Below, one piece after another: positions 1 to 9,813 of a stretch of DNA of 64,000 nt. Every line of letters starts with the position of its first letter. Within the stretch, counting starts at the first letter, position 1. The stretch comes from Candidatus Eremiobacteria bacterium (GTDB taxonomy: Bacteria; Vulcanimicrobiota; Vulcanimicrobiia; Vulcanimicrobiales; Vulcanimicrobiaceae), in assembly GCA_963737065.1 (NCBI GenBank), contig CAVTRC010000001.1, forward strand, positions 1,760,001 through 1,824,000, given 5' to 3'. Position numbers and translations under genes: made by a program. The notes beneath the pieces were generated by a model. It did no database searches and was not told where the DNA came from. It saw only the letters and a list, made by a program, of their open reading frames with translations.

Positions 1-365
1 GATTTTTTCCGGAGTTGCGCAATGCGCGCATCATCGACCAGCCGTTCACCACTCAATCGAATAAGCAGCGCATCGGTATACGGGCGGAGCGCGCGGCGTA
101 GTACGGCAAGTTCGCGCGCAAAGTCACGCTGTTCCGCCGCCGGCCAGACGCCTGGGAAAACTTCCGGCGTGCGCGCAAAAATAAAGCCAAAGTGGCGAAT
201 CTCTCGCTTGAGCTCGCGCGAGATAGACGGACGCGCGCGGCGCACCCACGTCAGTTGCTCCGCATGCTGCGCGGGTGCGAAAAGGACGGCCATGGCGCGC
301 AGCGTTTCACGGCCCGCGGAGTATCCGAACTGCAGATGAGATTGACGGATGCCCTGGATTTCCAA
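1..365 (-). CDS. Partial (N-terminal part) putative ArsR-type/DUF5937-like transcriptional regulator, runs off the left edge
   Basis: Own translation from TTG at 365, open to the window edge: MEIQGIRQSHLQFGYSAGRETLRAMAVLFAPAQHAEQLTWVRRARPSISRELKREIRHF... This resembles the N-terminus of DUF5937-ArsR regulators. Not in the ORF track; the HTH would lie outside the window. Confidence 0.5.
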   Translation of the reverse strand, partial: MEIQGIRQSHLQFGYSAGRETLRAMAVLFAPAQHAEQLTWVRRARPSISRELKREIRHFGFIFARTPEVFPGVWPAAEQRDFARELAVLRRALRPYTDALLIRLSGERLVDDARIAQLRKK

Positions 366-427
366 AACTGATTACTGCTTTGGCTAATGAGTTGACCGAG
401 CCTGTTTTGCGGCCGCATGATGCGTTC

Positions 428-1540
428 ATGCACGTAACGCCATTTCTGCTAAGTATCGCATTGGCCCTCATCGGAACTTCGGCCACAACTCCGGACGCGA
501 GTTTCAAAGCCGGAGATTTTTCAGCTGCGCGCACCGGCTACGTAGAGCTGATTCGGAACAATCCACGCGACGTGAACGCGCTGCTCGGCTTAGCGACGAT
601 CGAGCTGTACGACAACGATCTATCCTTGGCCCAGAACGACGTGAACCGCGTACTCGAACTGCAGCCGAACGACGAACGCGCGCAGCGGCTGCAGCGCACC
701 CTCGCAATGCGCGTAGGAAGCCCCGGTGAGTTTCAAATTTCACAACCGCACGATCTGCTGTTGCCGTTCGTTGCGGAGCACCCGTTGCCGGTCGTCCGCA
801 TGCGGATCGATGGCACCGTTGCAAACGTGATGATCGACACGGGCGCGCCGACGCTCGTAGTCACACAAGCGTTCGCGACCGCGCACCATCTTTCGGTGGA
901 GAACGCGGGAATGGGAGTCTTCGCCGGCGGGCGCCGGGCGCCGGTTCAAGCGACGACGGTAGATAGTATTTCGGCGGACACGCTCAGCGTGCGGAACGTT
1001 CGCGCAAACGTCATGCCGGCGCCGGGACCCGACGTTGATGCGACCGTCGGCACGGGATTCTTCACGCACTTTTTGACGACGCTCGACTACAAGGAGCACC
1101 GGCTGATATTTCGGCCGCGCGATGCGCGGCCGCCGGCGAGGTCGGCCGCTATTGTGCCGATGTGGCTCGTCGGCGATCACTTCATCTTCACGCGTGCCTC
1201 GGTGAACGACGGAACGCCGGCGCTATACAATGTCGATAGCGGTGGCGATGTCGGCGTGCAGATGACGAAAGACGCGCTGCGAGTGGCGCAGATCGTCCCG
1301 CAAACTGACAAGCCGCAAATGTTCGTTGGCGGAGGCGGCGCAACGAGGACCTTTCCGTTCGTCGCAAATGTCGTTGCAATCGGTGGAGCGCGGCAGCGGA
1401 ACATCGGCGGCGTGTATTTTCCGGACGGTGACCAGTACCAGCCATTTCCCTTTACCGTAGCGGGTACGGTATCAAGCGGCTTTCTTCGGCATTACGCCGT
1501 GACGTTTGATTTCAAAGCGATGCGCCTGATTTTGCAGTAA
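428..1540 (+). CDS. Secreted TPR plus twin retropepsin-like aspartyl protease
   Basis: Signal peptide from ATG 428, TPR-like helices, and two aspartyl motifs (MIDTGA and NVDSGG), each followed by a distal G-x-V-G/S-x-x-F motif. Confidence 0.85.
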   Translation: MHVTPFLLSIALALIGTSATTPDASFKAGDFSAARTGYVELIRNNPRDVNALLGLATIELYDNDLSLAQNDVNRVLELQPNDERAQRLQRTLAMRVGSPGEFQISQPHDLLLPFVAEHPLPVVRMRIDGTVANVMIDTGAPTLVVTQAFATAHHLSVENAGMGVFAGGRRAPVQATTVDSISADTLSVRNVRANVMPAPGPDVDATVGTGFFTHFLTTLDYKEHRLIFRPRDARPPARSAAIVPMWLVGDHFIFTRASVNDGTPALYNVDSGGDVGVQMTKDALRVAQIVPQTDKPQMFVGGGGATRTFPFVANVVAIGGARQRNIGGVYFPDGDQYQPFPFTVAGTVSSGFLRHYAVTFDFKAMRLILQ

Positions 1541-1581
1541 CCGAGATATCGGCTCGTACGGCAGACGCACGCACTGCAGCG

Positions 1582-2109
1582 CTACGGCCAGCAGAGCGCG
1601 TTGATCATTGCGAGTATTGCGGGGTCGCGTTTGTAGCCCGGAAGGATCTCGTAATTGATCAGTCCCGTGGAAATCGTCCCCGGGATGATCAGCATAAAGC
1701 CTCGCGAACCGAGTCCCATCGGGTCGTCCACGCGATACGCCTTCTCCGTCCCGTTGCAGACCGAAACCGTTGCAACTCGTACGTGCGGATTCGTGGGAAC
1801 TCGCGCCCCCGCTCTCACGAACTCGCTCAGCACCGCGTCGGCACCATTCGGGCCTCGGAACTCTTTCGATGCTCGCATCGGGGTAACGCGAAAATTCGAC
1901 ATACCGTCAGGGCTGCGCCACTCGTTGTAGTGGCCCGATTGCGTGCGGTGCCATCCCGGCGGAAAGTTGATCGTTATCATACGGGGAATGGGCGACGGCG
2001 TTGCGCTCGTCGTCGGTGATGCAGTCGCCGTCGTCGCAGACGCGGACGCGCGCGGCGCCGGAGTTGCATTCGAGGCGGCTAATATTACTGCTGCGACGAG
2101 GCTCAGCAT
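1582..2109 (-). CDS. Hypothetical secreted protein with Ala/Thr/Pro-rich linker
   Basis: Signal peptide, low-complexity linker, C-terminal domain with two Cys (VCNG...ALCWP). Confidence 0.65.
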   Translation of the reverse strand: MLSLVAAVILAASNATPAPRASASATTATASPTTSATPSPIPRMITINFPPGWHRTQSGHYNEWRSPDGMSNFRVTPMRASKEFRGPNGADAVLSEFVRAGARVPTNPHVRVATVSVCNGTEKAYRVDDPMGLGSRGFMLIIPGTISTGLINYEILPGYKRDPAILAMINALCWP

Positions 2110-2161
2110 ACGTCAGTCATAGGGTCGGTGAGCAATGCTTTATCGGAGGATCAAACTGCTA

Positions 2162-2656
2162 ATGAGGAAGACGGCGATCGCACTCGCATTTGTCGCCACA
2201 ACGACAGCGCCCCTCCTCGCGATGACGACGAGCGCGTCGGAGATTTGGCAGCTCATTCGTCAAACGCCGCAACTCAGCGTGAGCAGTGGGGACGTCGGAA
2301 TGAAGGGCGAGGATTTTGCCGGCGGCAAGCCGCTTGCGGACTTTGCATCGATTGGACGCATGAACGACGGGACGCAAGTCATGGCCGTCCCGCTGGAGAG
2401 CGGCGGCTCCGGAGGCGTCTTCAGTCAACTGATTTTCGCGCAAGGCATCGACGACGCGCGCCCGTACTTTGCCGGGTCGATAAGTTCGGGCGGCCACCTG
2501 GCCGTGAACGTCACATACCACGGGATCGTTGCAGTCTTTCCGCAGTACGGTCCAAACGATCCGAACTGTTGCCCGAAGAAATACGCGACGCAAACATATA
2601 CCATCGTGCACGACAAATTGCGGCTGCTTTCCACGCGCGTCTCGGCGAAGCCGTAA
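2162..2656 (+). CDS. Hypothetical secreted protein (LppP/LprE-like C-terminal motif)
   Basis: Signal peptide MRKTAIALAFVA; motif YGPNDPNCCP. Confidence 0.65.
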   Translation: MRKTAIALAFVATTTAPLLAMTTSASEIWQLIRQTPQLSVSSGDVGMKGEDFAGGKPLADFASIGRMNDGTQVMAVPLESGGSGGVFSQLIFAQGIDDARPYFAGSISSGGHLAVNVTYHGIVAVFPQYGPNDPNCCPKKYATQTYTIVHDKLRLLSTRVSAKP

Positions 2657-2854
2657 TGCCGGCCAAATACCGTTCACGACACGAACGAGCAACGAAGTCG
2701 ATCGAATAGACGACCGCCTTCGGTTTCGTGCCGCGCCGGCACCGGACGGGAAAGCGTGCGTTCTCTACGTGTAGGATCGTGATACCGTGGTAAATACTAG
2801 ACCTGTCCAACGAAACAACGGGGTGTAGGCCCTTGAATCAGATAGGCTAAACGA

Positions 2855-2890
2855 AAACGATCTCCGTCCAACCGGAGATCGTTTCATTTT
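2855..2890. terminator. Intrinsic terminator, probably bidirectional
   Basis: Perfect 12-bp stem AAACGATCTCCG/CGGAGATCGTTT with T-rich flanks, between convergent genes. Confidence 0.7.
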
Positions 2891-2896
2891 GCTCCG

Positions 2897-3502
2897 TCAT
2901 CCGTTGTTGGCAGACGAGTTCGCGTACGCGTTTCTATTGAATTTCAGCACGACCGTCGTACCGGGCCGCACGTCGACGTCGGTCTTCATTTGTTGCGAGA
3001 GCATGTACCCGCTCGCGGCGCCGGCGACGCCGCCGTGCTTCCCATGCGCCGCATTTGCCGCCATGTGTCCGGCAATTGCGCCGCCGACGACCATACCGAA
3101 CGTGCGTAACCGGTGCGATTTCGCACCGAACGCACCCATATTGACGATCTTCACGTCGATCGGCGTCGCCGTCGTTCCATCAGGCGATTTGAACTCGTCG
3201 AAGACGATGACCATCGACGGTTTCTTTCCGAAGCTCGCGGCCTGCACGTTTTCCAGGTGGCCGTCGACCGTCCCGTCTTTGCCGCTGATCGTGAAGCGAT
3301 CGCCGTCGTGATTCTTCTTCGTGCTGATTTCTTGCTGTAGCTTTCCGCGGAACGTGCTTCCGGCTTGTGCGACAACGGAGCCGCCGTTCGCGGCGGGCGC
3401 GGCGGTCGAGTTCCCGGTCGTGACGTTGGAACTTTTGCCGCAGGCGGTGAGGCTCGTCGCGCAGAGCGCGATGAGTGTGAAGGCAATTGCAGATCGTCTC
3501 AT
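2897..3502 (-). CDS. Hypothetical lipoprotein with glycine-zipper segment
   Basis: Lipobox LTAC; GGAIAG...GGVAGAASG glycine zipper. Confidence 0.7.
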   Translation of the reverse strand: MRRSAIAFTLIALCATSLTACGKSSNVTTGNSTAAPAANGGSVVAQAGSTFRGKLQQEISTKKNHDGDRFTISGKDGTVDGHLENVQAASFGKKPSMVIVFDEFKSPDGTTATPIDVKIVNMGAFGAKSHRLRTFGMVVGGAIAGHMAANAAHGKHGGVAGAASGYMLSQQMKTDVDVRPGTTVVLKFNRNAYANSSANNG

Positions 3503-3665
3503 GCCCTCATCTTACTCCGTACCGCGTGAGGGGTTTCAAGCCCACGTCGTTTGATGTCGCTCTCCAGCGAAAGCCTGTTCGGTGCCAGCATGGAAGCCGG
3601 CTGCGCAAGCCCGAATCACCGCGCGATGACCTGGGCACAACGCAGCAGTACTCGAGCGGCCACGA

Positions 3666-6041
3666 ATGAACCGAACGCGCACTGAGTCGCTCGCGCATTA
3701 CGCGATCCTCAACGCGCTCTGGGTTTCGCTGACCGTTCAAGACACTGCGCTCATGACGATCGCGGTGCCCTCGGCCATCAACCGGCTCACGCCGGCAACG
3801 CACGTGGAGTCGCTCGCATTCCTCGTCGCGATCTCGAATCTGGCTGCGATGCTCGTACCTCCGGTTGCGGGATGGTTTTCCGACCGTCATCGGCGCAAGA
3901 CCGGCGGATTGCGGCGTCGTTGGGTGGTTGCCGGCGTAGCGGTCGATGTTTGCGCGCTTGTCGCAATCGTCTTCACGCATACGCTCGTCGCATTCGACGC
4001 GCTGTTCATCATCGCGGTCGCCGCTGAGAACGTTGCGATCGCGGCGTATCAGGCGATGATTCCGGAGATCGTTCCGCGCGAGGCGTGGGGCGCCGCATCG
4101 GGTTTGCGCGGAGCCGCAACGTTGATCGGCACCGTCGCAGGGCTCGGCATCGCGGGAAGCATTCCAAACCCGCACGCGGTTTTTCTCGGCGCGGCGCTGT
4201 TGCTCGCGCTCGGCTTGTTCAGCCTTCTCGCGTTGAGCGAGCGCGATTATATCGTTCCAGAACCGGCGGCCGTCGTACGCTGGCATGATTTCACGATCGT
4301 ATTCATCGCGCGCGCGTTCGTCTTCTTCGGACTCTCGCTGCTCATGACATTCGTCTTGTATTTCTTTCAAGACGTGCTGCACTACAGCAATCCGAGCGCG
4401 GGCACGGCCTTCGTCGGTATCTGCTCGCTGCTCGGCGCGATTATATCGTCCGTCTTTCTCGGCGCGCTCTCCGACCGGTTCTCGCGCAAGACGATCACCG
4501 CGCTGTGCGGGATTCCGATGGCCATCGCCGCTGCAGGCTTCGCCGCGGCGCCGAATGCAAACGTAACGTTGATCTCGGCCGTGTTTTTTGGTGCGGGCCT
4601 CGGCGGCATTCTTTCGGTGGGGTGGGCGCTCGCGTTCGATAGCTTACCGCAGCTAACGAACATCGCGCGTGATCTCGGGATTTGGGGAATCGCGACCAAT
4701 CTGCCGGCCGTGGTCGCGCCGCTGCTCGGCGGGTGGATTCTTCACCGGCTCGGCGGCGCGCGCGTAGGCTATCAAGTGATCTTTAGTCTCGCGGGCGCCA
4801 GTTTTGCGCTCGGTTCGCTCACCGTGCTCCGTGTGGGTGCGCGGCCGATTTCGTCGCTGCTCACAATGCCGCTATGGATTGCAGCGATGAGTGCCGTCTA
4901 CATCGGAATGCACGTCCGTCATCGCGTACGCTCGTTCGGGCGGCTCAAACGCAACCGCGGCGGAACGCTCGTCGTAGCGAACCATCAAACCGAATTAGAA
5001 GCGATGTTCGTCGTGAGTGGGGTCGGCATGCATTCCTCGTGGCGTCATCCGGTCTTTGCGGCGACCGGCGGCCGCATGTGGGAACCGGGCTTCTTCGCGG
5101 TGCGCTTTCCGTGGCTTTATACGTTGATGCGGCGCGTCAGCATGGCGCCGCTGTTCCGCGCGCTCGGTTTCATGCGCGTCGAGAACGAACTCGGAACGCG
5201 CGCTCTTTCGGCTATTGCCCTCGTCGTGAAGGACCGGCACGGCGATGACCTGCTCTTGCGCGATATGGTCTCCGATGATGTCGCCGATCGCTTCCCCCGG
5301 GAGCTGCGCATTTCGCAGCTCTGGAGCCGAAGATACTTTGCCGCGGCGCAAGATGTGGTGAAACTCTCGAAGATTCGCGAGCCGTTCCGTTCGGAAGTCA
5401 TCGAGGAGACGCGCACGCAGCTGGAACGCGATATTGCCGCCATGGAAGACGTCGTCGCGCGCGGCGCAACGTTTTATCTCACGCCCGAGGGCCGCTATTC
5501 CAAGAACGGTGAGTTGCTCCCCGTGCGCGGGTTGCTTCCCCGGCTTTCGAAATACGCGCAATCGATCTATCTTTGCGGTATCAGTTACGATGTGTTCCGT
5601 AGCGAGAAAACGTCGGTACTCTATCATCTTGCGGAGTTGCGAGACCGCGACAGGATCGAAGAAGAACTGCTCGTCGCGCGCCCGGTCACGATCACACAAT
5701 TGCTTGCGGCATGGCTCTGGGAGCATCCCGATCCGTTTACCGAATCCGATGCAATTGCCGAAGTACGACGTTCGCTCGAGCGTCTGCCGTCCGTCGCCTT
5801 CGTCGATCCGGAATTGAAGCGCGATCCGCGAGGCGTCACCCGTGAAGCGCTCGCGGCGATGATGCGCAGCGGCGTATTGACGCTCGGTGATCGCGGCGCT
5901 TATCACATTGCGCGGCGCACCGTTCCGCTGTTTCCGGATACGGAGGATATCTTCGCGTATCACGCGCGCTTCTTCGCACAGACCGTTGCGGCAGCTACGA
6001 AATCACCCGGCGCGGGAGGGGGCGATTTGCATCGCGAGTAA
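3666..6041 (+). CDS. MFS transporter fused to a C-terminal PlsC-like acyltransferase domain
   Basis: About 12 TM helices with MFS motif A-like GWFSDR and GALSDRFSRK, then VVANHQTELE (block I-like) and YLTPEGRYS (PEG block). Confidence 0.8.
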   Translation: MNRTRTESLAHYAILNALWVSLTVQDTALMTIAVPSAINRLTPATHVESLAFLVAISNLAAMLVPPVAGWFSDRHRRKTGGLRRRWVVAGVAVDVCALVAIVFTHTLVAFDALFIIAVAAENVAIAAYQAMIPEIVPREAWGAASGLRGAATLIGTVAGLGIAGSIPNPHAVFLGAALLLALGLFSLLALSERDYIVPEPAAVVRWHDFTIVFIARAFVFFGLSLLMTFVLYFFQDVLHYSNPSAGTAFVGICSLLGAIISSVFLGALSDRFSRKTITALCGIPMAIAAAGFAAAPNANVTLISAVFFGAGLGGILSVGWALAFDSLPQLTNIARDLGIWGIATNLPAVVAPLLGGWILHRLGGARVGYQVIFSLAGASFALGSLTVLRVGARPISSLLTMPLWIAAMSAVYIGMHVRHRVRSFGRLKRNRGGTLVVANHQTELEAMFVVSGVGMHSSWRHPVFAATGGRMWEPGFFAVRFPWLYTLMRRVSMAPLFRALGFMRVENELGTRALSAIALVVKDRHGDDLLLRDMVSDDVADRFPRELRISQLWSRRYFAAAQDVVKLSKIREPFRSEVIEETRTQLERDIAAMEDVVARGATFYLTPEGRYSKNGELLPVRGLLPRLSKYAQSIYLCGISYDVFRSEKTSVLYHLAELRDRDRIEEELLVARPVTITQLLAAWLWEHPDPFTESDAIAEVRRSLERLPSVAFVDPELKRDPRGVTREALAAMMRSGVLTLGDRGAYHIARRTVPLFPDTEDIFAYHARFFAQTVAAATKSPGAGGGDLHRE

Positions 6042-6051
6042 CGGACGCGAT

Positions 6052-7467
6052 GTGAAGAAATGGCGTTCTTTTTGGTTTTTGAGCACGACGTTTTTCATGC
6101 TGTTGCTCGACTTTTCCATCGTTAACGTCGCGCTTCCGGCGATTCAGACGGCGTTTGCAATCCCGATGTCCAGCGTGCAGTGGGTGGTCAGTACGTACGC
6201 GATTGCGCTCGCCGGCTGCTTGATGCTCGCGGGACGCTGTTCCGATCTCTACAATCGCCGCACGATCTTTATGGCCGGGCTTGCCGTTTTTACCTTCGCA
6301 TCGTTCTTGGGCGGAATCGCACCAAACGAGATCCTGTTGATCGCGATGCGCGCGGTTCAAGGACTCGGTGCCGCAATCGTGACGCCGTCCGCAATGGCGA
6401 TCTTGATGGATACGTTCGCGCAAGGCGATGAGCGCAACAAAGCGCTCGGGATGTGGAACACGATCGGAAGTGCCGGCATCGCCGCGGGTATGCTGATCGG
6501 CGGCATTCTCGTGCAGTTCTTCGGCTGGCGTTCCGTCTTTTTTGTCAACGTTCCGGTGGGCCTCGCGATCCTAGCGCTGACGCCGGCCGTGATTGCGCAG
6601 GATACGCGCGTACGCTCGCGCGAGCCGCTCGACGTTCGTGGAGCGCTTCTCATCACGGCCGGACTCGTTGCGCTGATCCTGGCGATCGAGTCTCTCGCGG
6701 ACCGTATCATCAATTCCGACACGTATATCGAATCGGTTCTTGCTATCGTGTTGCTCGGAGCGTTCGTGCTCGTGGAACGGCGAACGAAATCGCCGTTGAT
6801 TCCCGCGCACGTGTTCTCGTATCCGAACATGATTCCCGGAACGCTGAACACGTTCGCTGAGGTTGCCGCGTATGCGGCGGCCTTCATCTTTACCTCTGTA
6901 TTCGCGCAGCAAGTCGATCGCTATTCGCCGCTCGCGACCGGCTTGGCATTTCTACCGTCGTCGATCGTGATCACCGTAATCGCGGGTCCGCTCTCCGCAC
7001 CGCTTGCGAAAAAGATCGGCATACGCCGTGTCGGGTTTATCGGCGGGATCGCGCTCGTTCTGGGCTGCCTGATTCTCATGACGACGCGCGCCGGCGCACC
7101 GTACTGGGTCGGCCTGCTGCCCGGGACCGCGCTGATCGGCTTCGGCGGAATGTGGACGTACCAAGCCGGCGTCATCGGTGCATTATCGAAAGTCGATTCG
7201 ACCGAACAAGGTCTTGCATCGGGTGTGATCAACACGAGCATGCAGATCGGCTCGAGCATCGGCGTCGCGATTGCTGCCGCGCTCTATGTCGCGGGCGGCG
7301 TGAGCGCGGCGCTTACGGTCGGCCTCGCCTTCGCCGTGGCGACATGGATTACGGCGTCGTTCGTCCTGCGCGACATCGAGCCGCACGAGGTGCCGAAGCG
7401 GCACCTCATTCCAATGGGCAAAGGCATTCTTCATTTCGCCAGGGCAGGCAGCCAAACGCTGGAATAA
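6052..7467 (+). CDS. MFS transporter, DHA2 (EmrB/QacA) family
   Basis: LDFSIVNVALP, GRCSDLYNRR, RAVQGLGAA, GWRSVFFVNVPVG; GTG start at 6052. Confidence 0.9.
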   Translation: MKKWRSFWFLSTTFFMLLLDFSIVNVALPAIQTAFAIPMSSVQWVVSTYAIALAGCLMLAGRCSDLYNRRTIFMAGLAVFTFASFLGGIAPNEILLIAMRAVQGLGAAIVTPSAMAILMDTFAQGDERNKALGMWNTIGSAGIAAGMLIGGILVQFFGWRSVFFVNVPVGLAILALTPAVIAQDTRVRSREPLDVRGALLITAGLVALILAIESLADRIINSDTYIESVLAIVLLGAFVLVERRTKSPLIPAHVFSYPNMIPGTLNTFAEVAAYAAAFIFTSVFAQQVDRYSPLATGLAFLPSSIVITVIAGPLSAPLAKKIGIRRVGFIGGIALVLGCLILMTTRAGAPYWVGLLPGTALIGFGGMWTYQAGVIGALSKVDSTEQGLASGVINTSMQIGSSIGVAIAAALYVAGGVSAALTVGLAFAVATWITASFVLRDIEPHEVPKRHLIPMGKGILHFARAGSQTLE

Positions 7468-7476
7468 CACCGCCGT

Positions 7477-7953
7477 ATGAAGCGCTTGCTGGTGTTGCCG
7501 TTTGTGTTCTCGAGTGCGCTCGCGCCGATCGCCGCGACGCCGGCAACTGCCCCGTTCGACCGGTTTACCGGCTCGTGGAATTGTGCGCGGGTCGATGGTG
7601 CGACCGGACACATGCTCTTTTCGAGCGTGGCGGATGATCTGCGTCTTCGCGTCGACTGGAAAAACGGCGGGAACACGTTCGCGTTCGATCACGTCTTTAC
7701 GCTCGGCGCCGATGGCAACTGGACGACGACCCAAATGAACGCCGCGAAAACCTCGACCTTCACCGGCAATTCGAGCGGTTTCGACGGCGATTCGGTGACG
7801 TTCACCGGCACGCGACGCGTCGGCGACCGCAGGTACGCGGAGCGCGAGAGCTTTCGCTTCACCTCTGACAGCACGTTCCAGCATATCTGGTACGGGCAAA
7901 ACGACAACGGTCAATGGCAGCCGACTGGCTATCAGGAGTGCACGAAGGTCTAG
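7477..7953 (+). CDS. Hypothetical secreted beta-rich protein (DUF1579-like)
   Basis: Signal peptide, F-x-G-x-W-x-C near the N-terminus, ends ECTKV. Confidence 0.65.
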   Translation: MKRLLVLPFVFSSALAPIAATPATAPFDRFTGSWNCARVDGATGHMLFSSVADDLRLRVDWKNGGNTFAFDHVFTLGADGNWTTTQMNAAKTSTFTGNSSGFDGDSVTFTGTRRVGDRRYAERESFRFTSDSTFQHIWYGQNDNGQWQPTGYQECTKV

Positions 7954-7995
7954 ACTTCGCGCGAGCGTAAGCCTGTTGCAGAGGAAGTTCAGTCG

Positions 7996-9813
7996 ATGCA
8001 ACAGCGCTCCGTCAACGATTTCACGATACGGGTCGCAACGGTCAACGGATCGGGTAGTCAGTCCTCCAATCTCGTTCTGACCAGCGCCATCTTTCGCATG
8101 GGTATCCCCGTCGCCCCGAAAAACGTCTTTCCGTCGAACATCGAGGGTCTGCCGACCTGGTTCGACGTTCGCATCAGTTCGAAAGGCTATCAATGCCGGA
8201 CGCGCGACATCGACGTTCTCGTGGCCCTCAATGCGTCGACGTGGCGAACGGATGCCGCCTCCGTCCGTCCCGGCGGCGTCATCATACATGAGGCGACCTA
8301 TCCCGTTACCGGCGAAGCGCAGCGCGACGACGTCATCTACTACGCCGTGCCGTTCAATGAGCTCGCGAAAGCGAACGTCAAGGACGGCGCGTTACGCAAG
8401 TACTTGTTGAACATGATGTACGTCGGCGTGCTTGCGGAACTGCTTGGCATCGATGAATCGACGGTTGAAGCGGCGATTGGCTCGCAGTTCAAACGCAAAC
8501 CGGCGGCCGTGACGACGAACATGGACGCGGCGCGGCTCGGATTCGTGCACGCGCGCGAACATCTGACGAAACAGGATCCCTTTACGCTGGAGCGCATGTC
8601 GGGTGCGACCGACGGGCTCGTCTTTATCGACGGCAATCGCGCTGCCGCGCTCGGATGCATCATGGGCGGATGCACCGTTGCGGCCTGGTATCCCATCACG
8701 CCGTCCTCGTCGCTGTGCGAGTCGTTCATTGCGCTTTCGGAAAAATATCGCGTCGATCGCACAACGGGCGAGAGAAACGTTGCAATCGTGCAAGCGGAAG
8801 ACGAACTTGCCGCGATCGGCATGGTTTTCGGCGCAGGCTGGGCCGGTGCACGCGCGATGACCTCGACGTCTGGGCCGGGTGTATCGCTCATGGCGGAGTG
8901 GGCCGGCTACGGATACTACGCGGAAGTGCCGGGGGTAATTTTTGACGTGCAGCGCGCAGGCCCGTCGACCGGGTTGCCCACGCGGACGATGCAGGGCGAT
9001 GTTGCGTTTGCATATCAGCTCTCGCACGGTGACACGAAGCACATCGTGCTCTTGCCGGCGACGGTTCAAGAGGCGTACGAGATGGCGATGGACGCATTCG
9101 ATCTCGCCGATCGCTTTCAAACGCCCGTGTTCGTTCTTTCCGATCTTGATCTCGGTATGAATTCGTGGATGTCGAACCCGTTGCCGTATCCCGAGCGCCC
9201 GTTCGACCGCGGCAAAGTCCTCGACGAAAAAGATTTGAACCGCCTGGAGTCATGGGGACGGTATCGCGACGTCGATCACGACGGCGTGCCGTATCGCACG
9301 CTTCCCGGTACGAATCATTCTTCAGCCGGGTTCTTTACGCGGGGAACGGGACACGACGAAGAGGCGCGCTATTCGGAGCAGCCCGACGTGTGGCGCCGCA
9401 ACCTCGACCGCCTCGTCCGCAAGCATGATACGGCGCGCACGGCGGTGCCGCAGCCGATTGCTGAAGAACGGCAAAATACGATCGGCATTCTCGCGTACGG
9501 GACGACGCATCACGCTGTCGTTGAAGCGCGAGACACGTTGCGCAAGGACGGCATCGACGTCGATTACCTGCGCGTGCGCGCGTTACCGTTCTCGCCCGAC
9601 ATCGCCGCGTTCGTGCGGCGGCACGATCGCGTCTACATCGTCGAGCAGAACCGTGACGGGCAAGTCTATGGACTACTTCGCGCGGAACTCCCGCAACATC
9701 TCATCGGACGGCTCCATTCGATCCGTCATTATAACGGCGTGCCGATCGACGCACATGCGATTATATATCCTCTCTTGGTTGCCGAGCGTCAGCCGGCGGT
9801 GGTAGCAGAATGA
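7996..9813 (+). CDS. korA: 2-oxoacid:ferredoxin oxidoreductase alpha subunit
   Basis: NGSGSQS gamma-type N-terminus, WYPITPSS, QAEDELAA, TSTSGPG, DVQRAGPSTGLPT. Confidence 0.93.
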   Translation: MQQRSVNDFTIRVATVNGSGSQSSNLVLTSAIFRMGIPVAPKNVFPSNIEGLPTWFDVRISSKGYQCRTRDIDVLVALNASTWRTDAASVRPGGVIIHEATYPVTGEAQRDDVIYYAVPFNELAKANVKDGALRKYLLNMMYVGVLAELLGIDESTVEAAIGSQFKRKPAAVTTNMDAARLGFVHAREHLTKQDPFTLERMSGATDGLVFIDGNRAAALGCIMGGCTVAAWYPITPSSSLCESFIALSEKYRVDRTTGERNVAIVQAEDELAAIGMVFGAGWAGARAMTSTSGPGVSLMAEWAGYGYYAEVPGVIFDVQRAGPSTGLPTRTMQGDVAFAYQLSHGDTKHIVLLPATVQEAYEMAMDAFDLADRFQTPVFVLSDLDLGMNSWMSNPLPYPERPFDRGKVLDEKDLNRLESWGRYRDVDHDGVPYRTLPGTNHSSAGFFTRGTGHDEEARYSEQPDVWRRNLDRLVRKHDTARTAVPQPIAEERQNTIGILAYGTTHHAVVEARDTLRKDGIDVDYLRVRALPFSPDIAAFVRRHDRVYIVEQNRDGQVYGLLRAELPQHLIGRLHSIRHYNGVPIDAHAIIYPLLVAERQPAVVAE

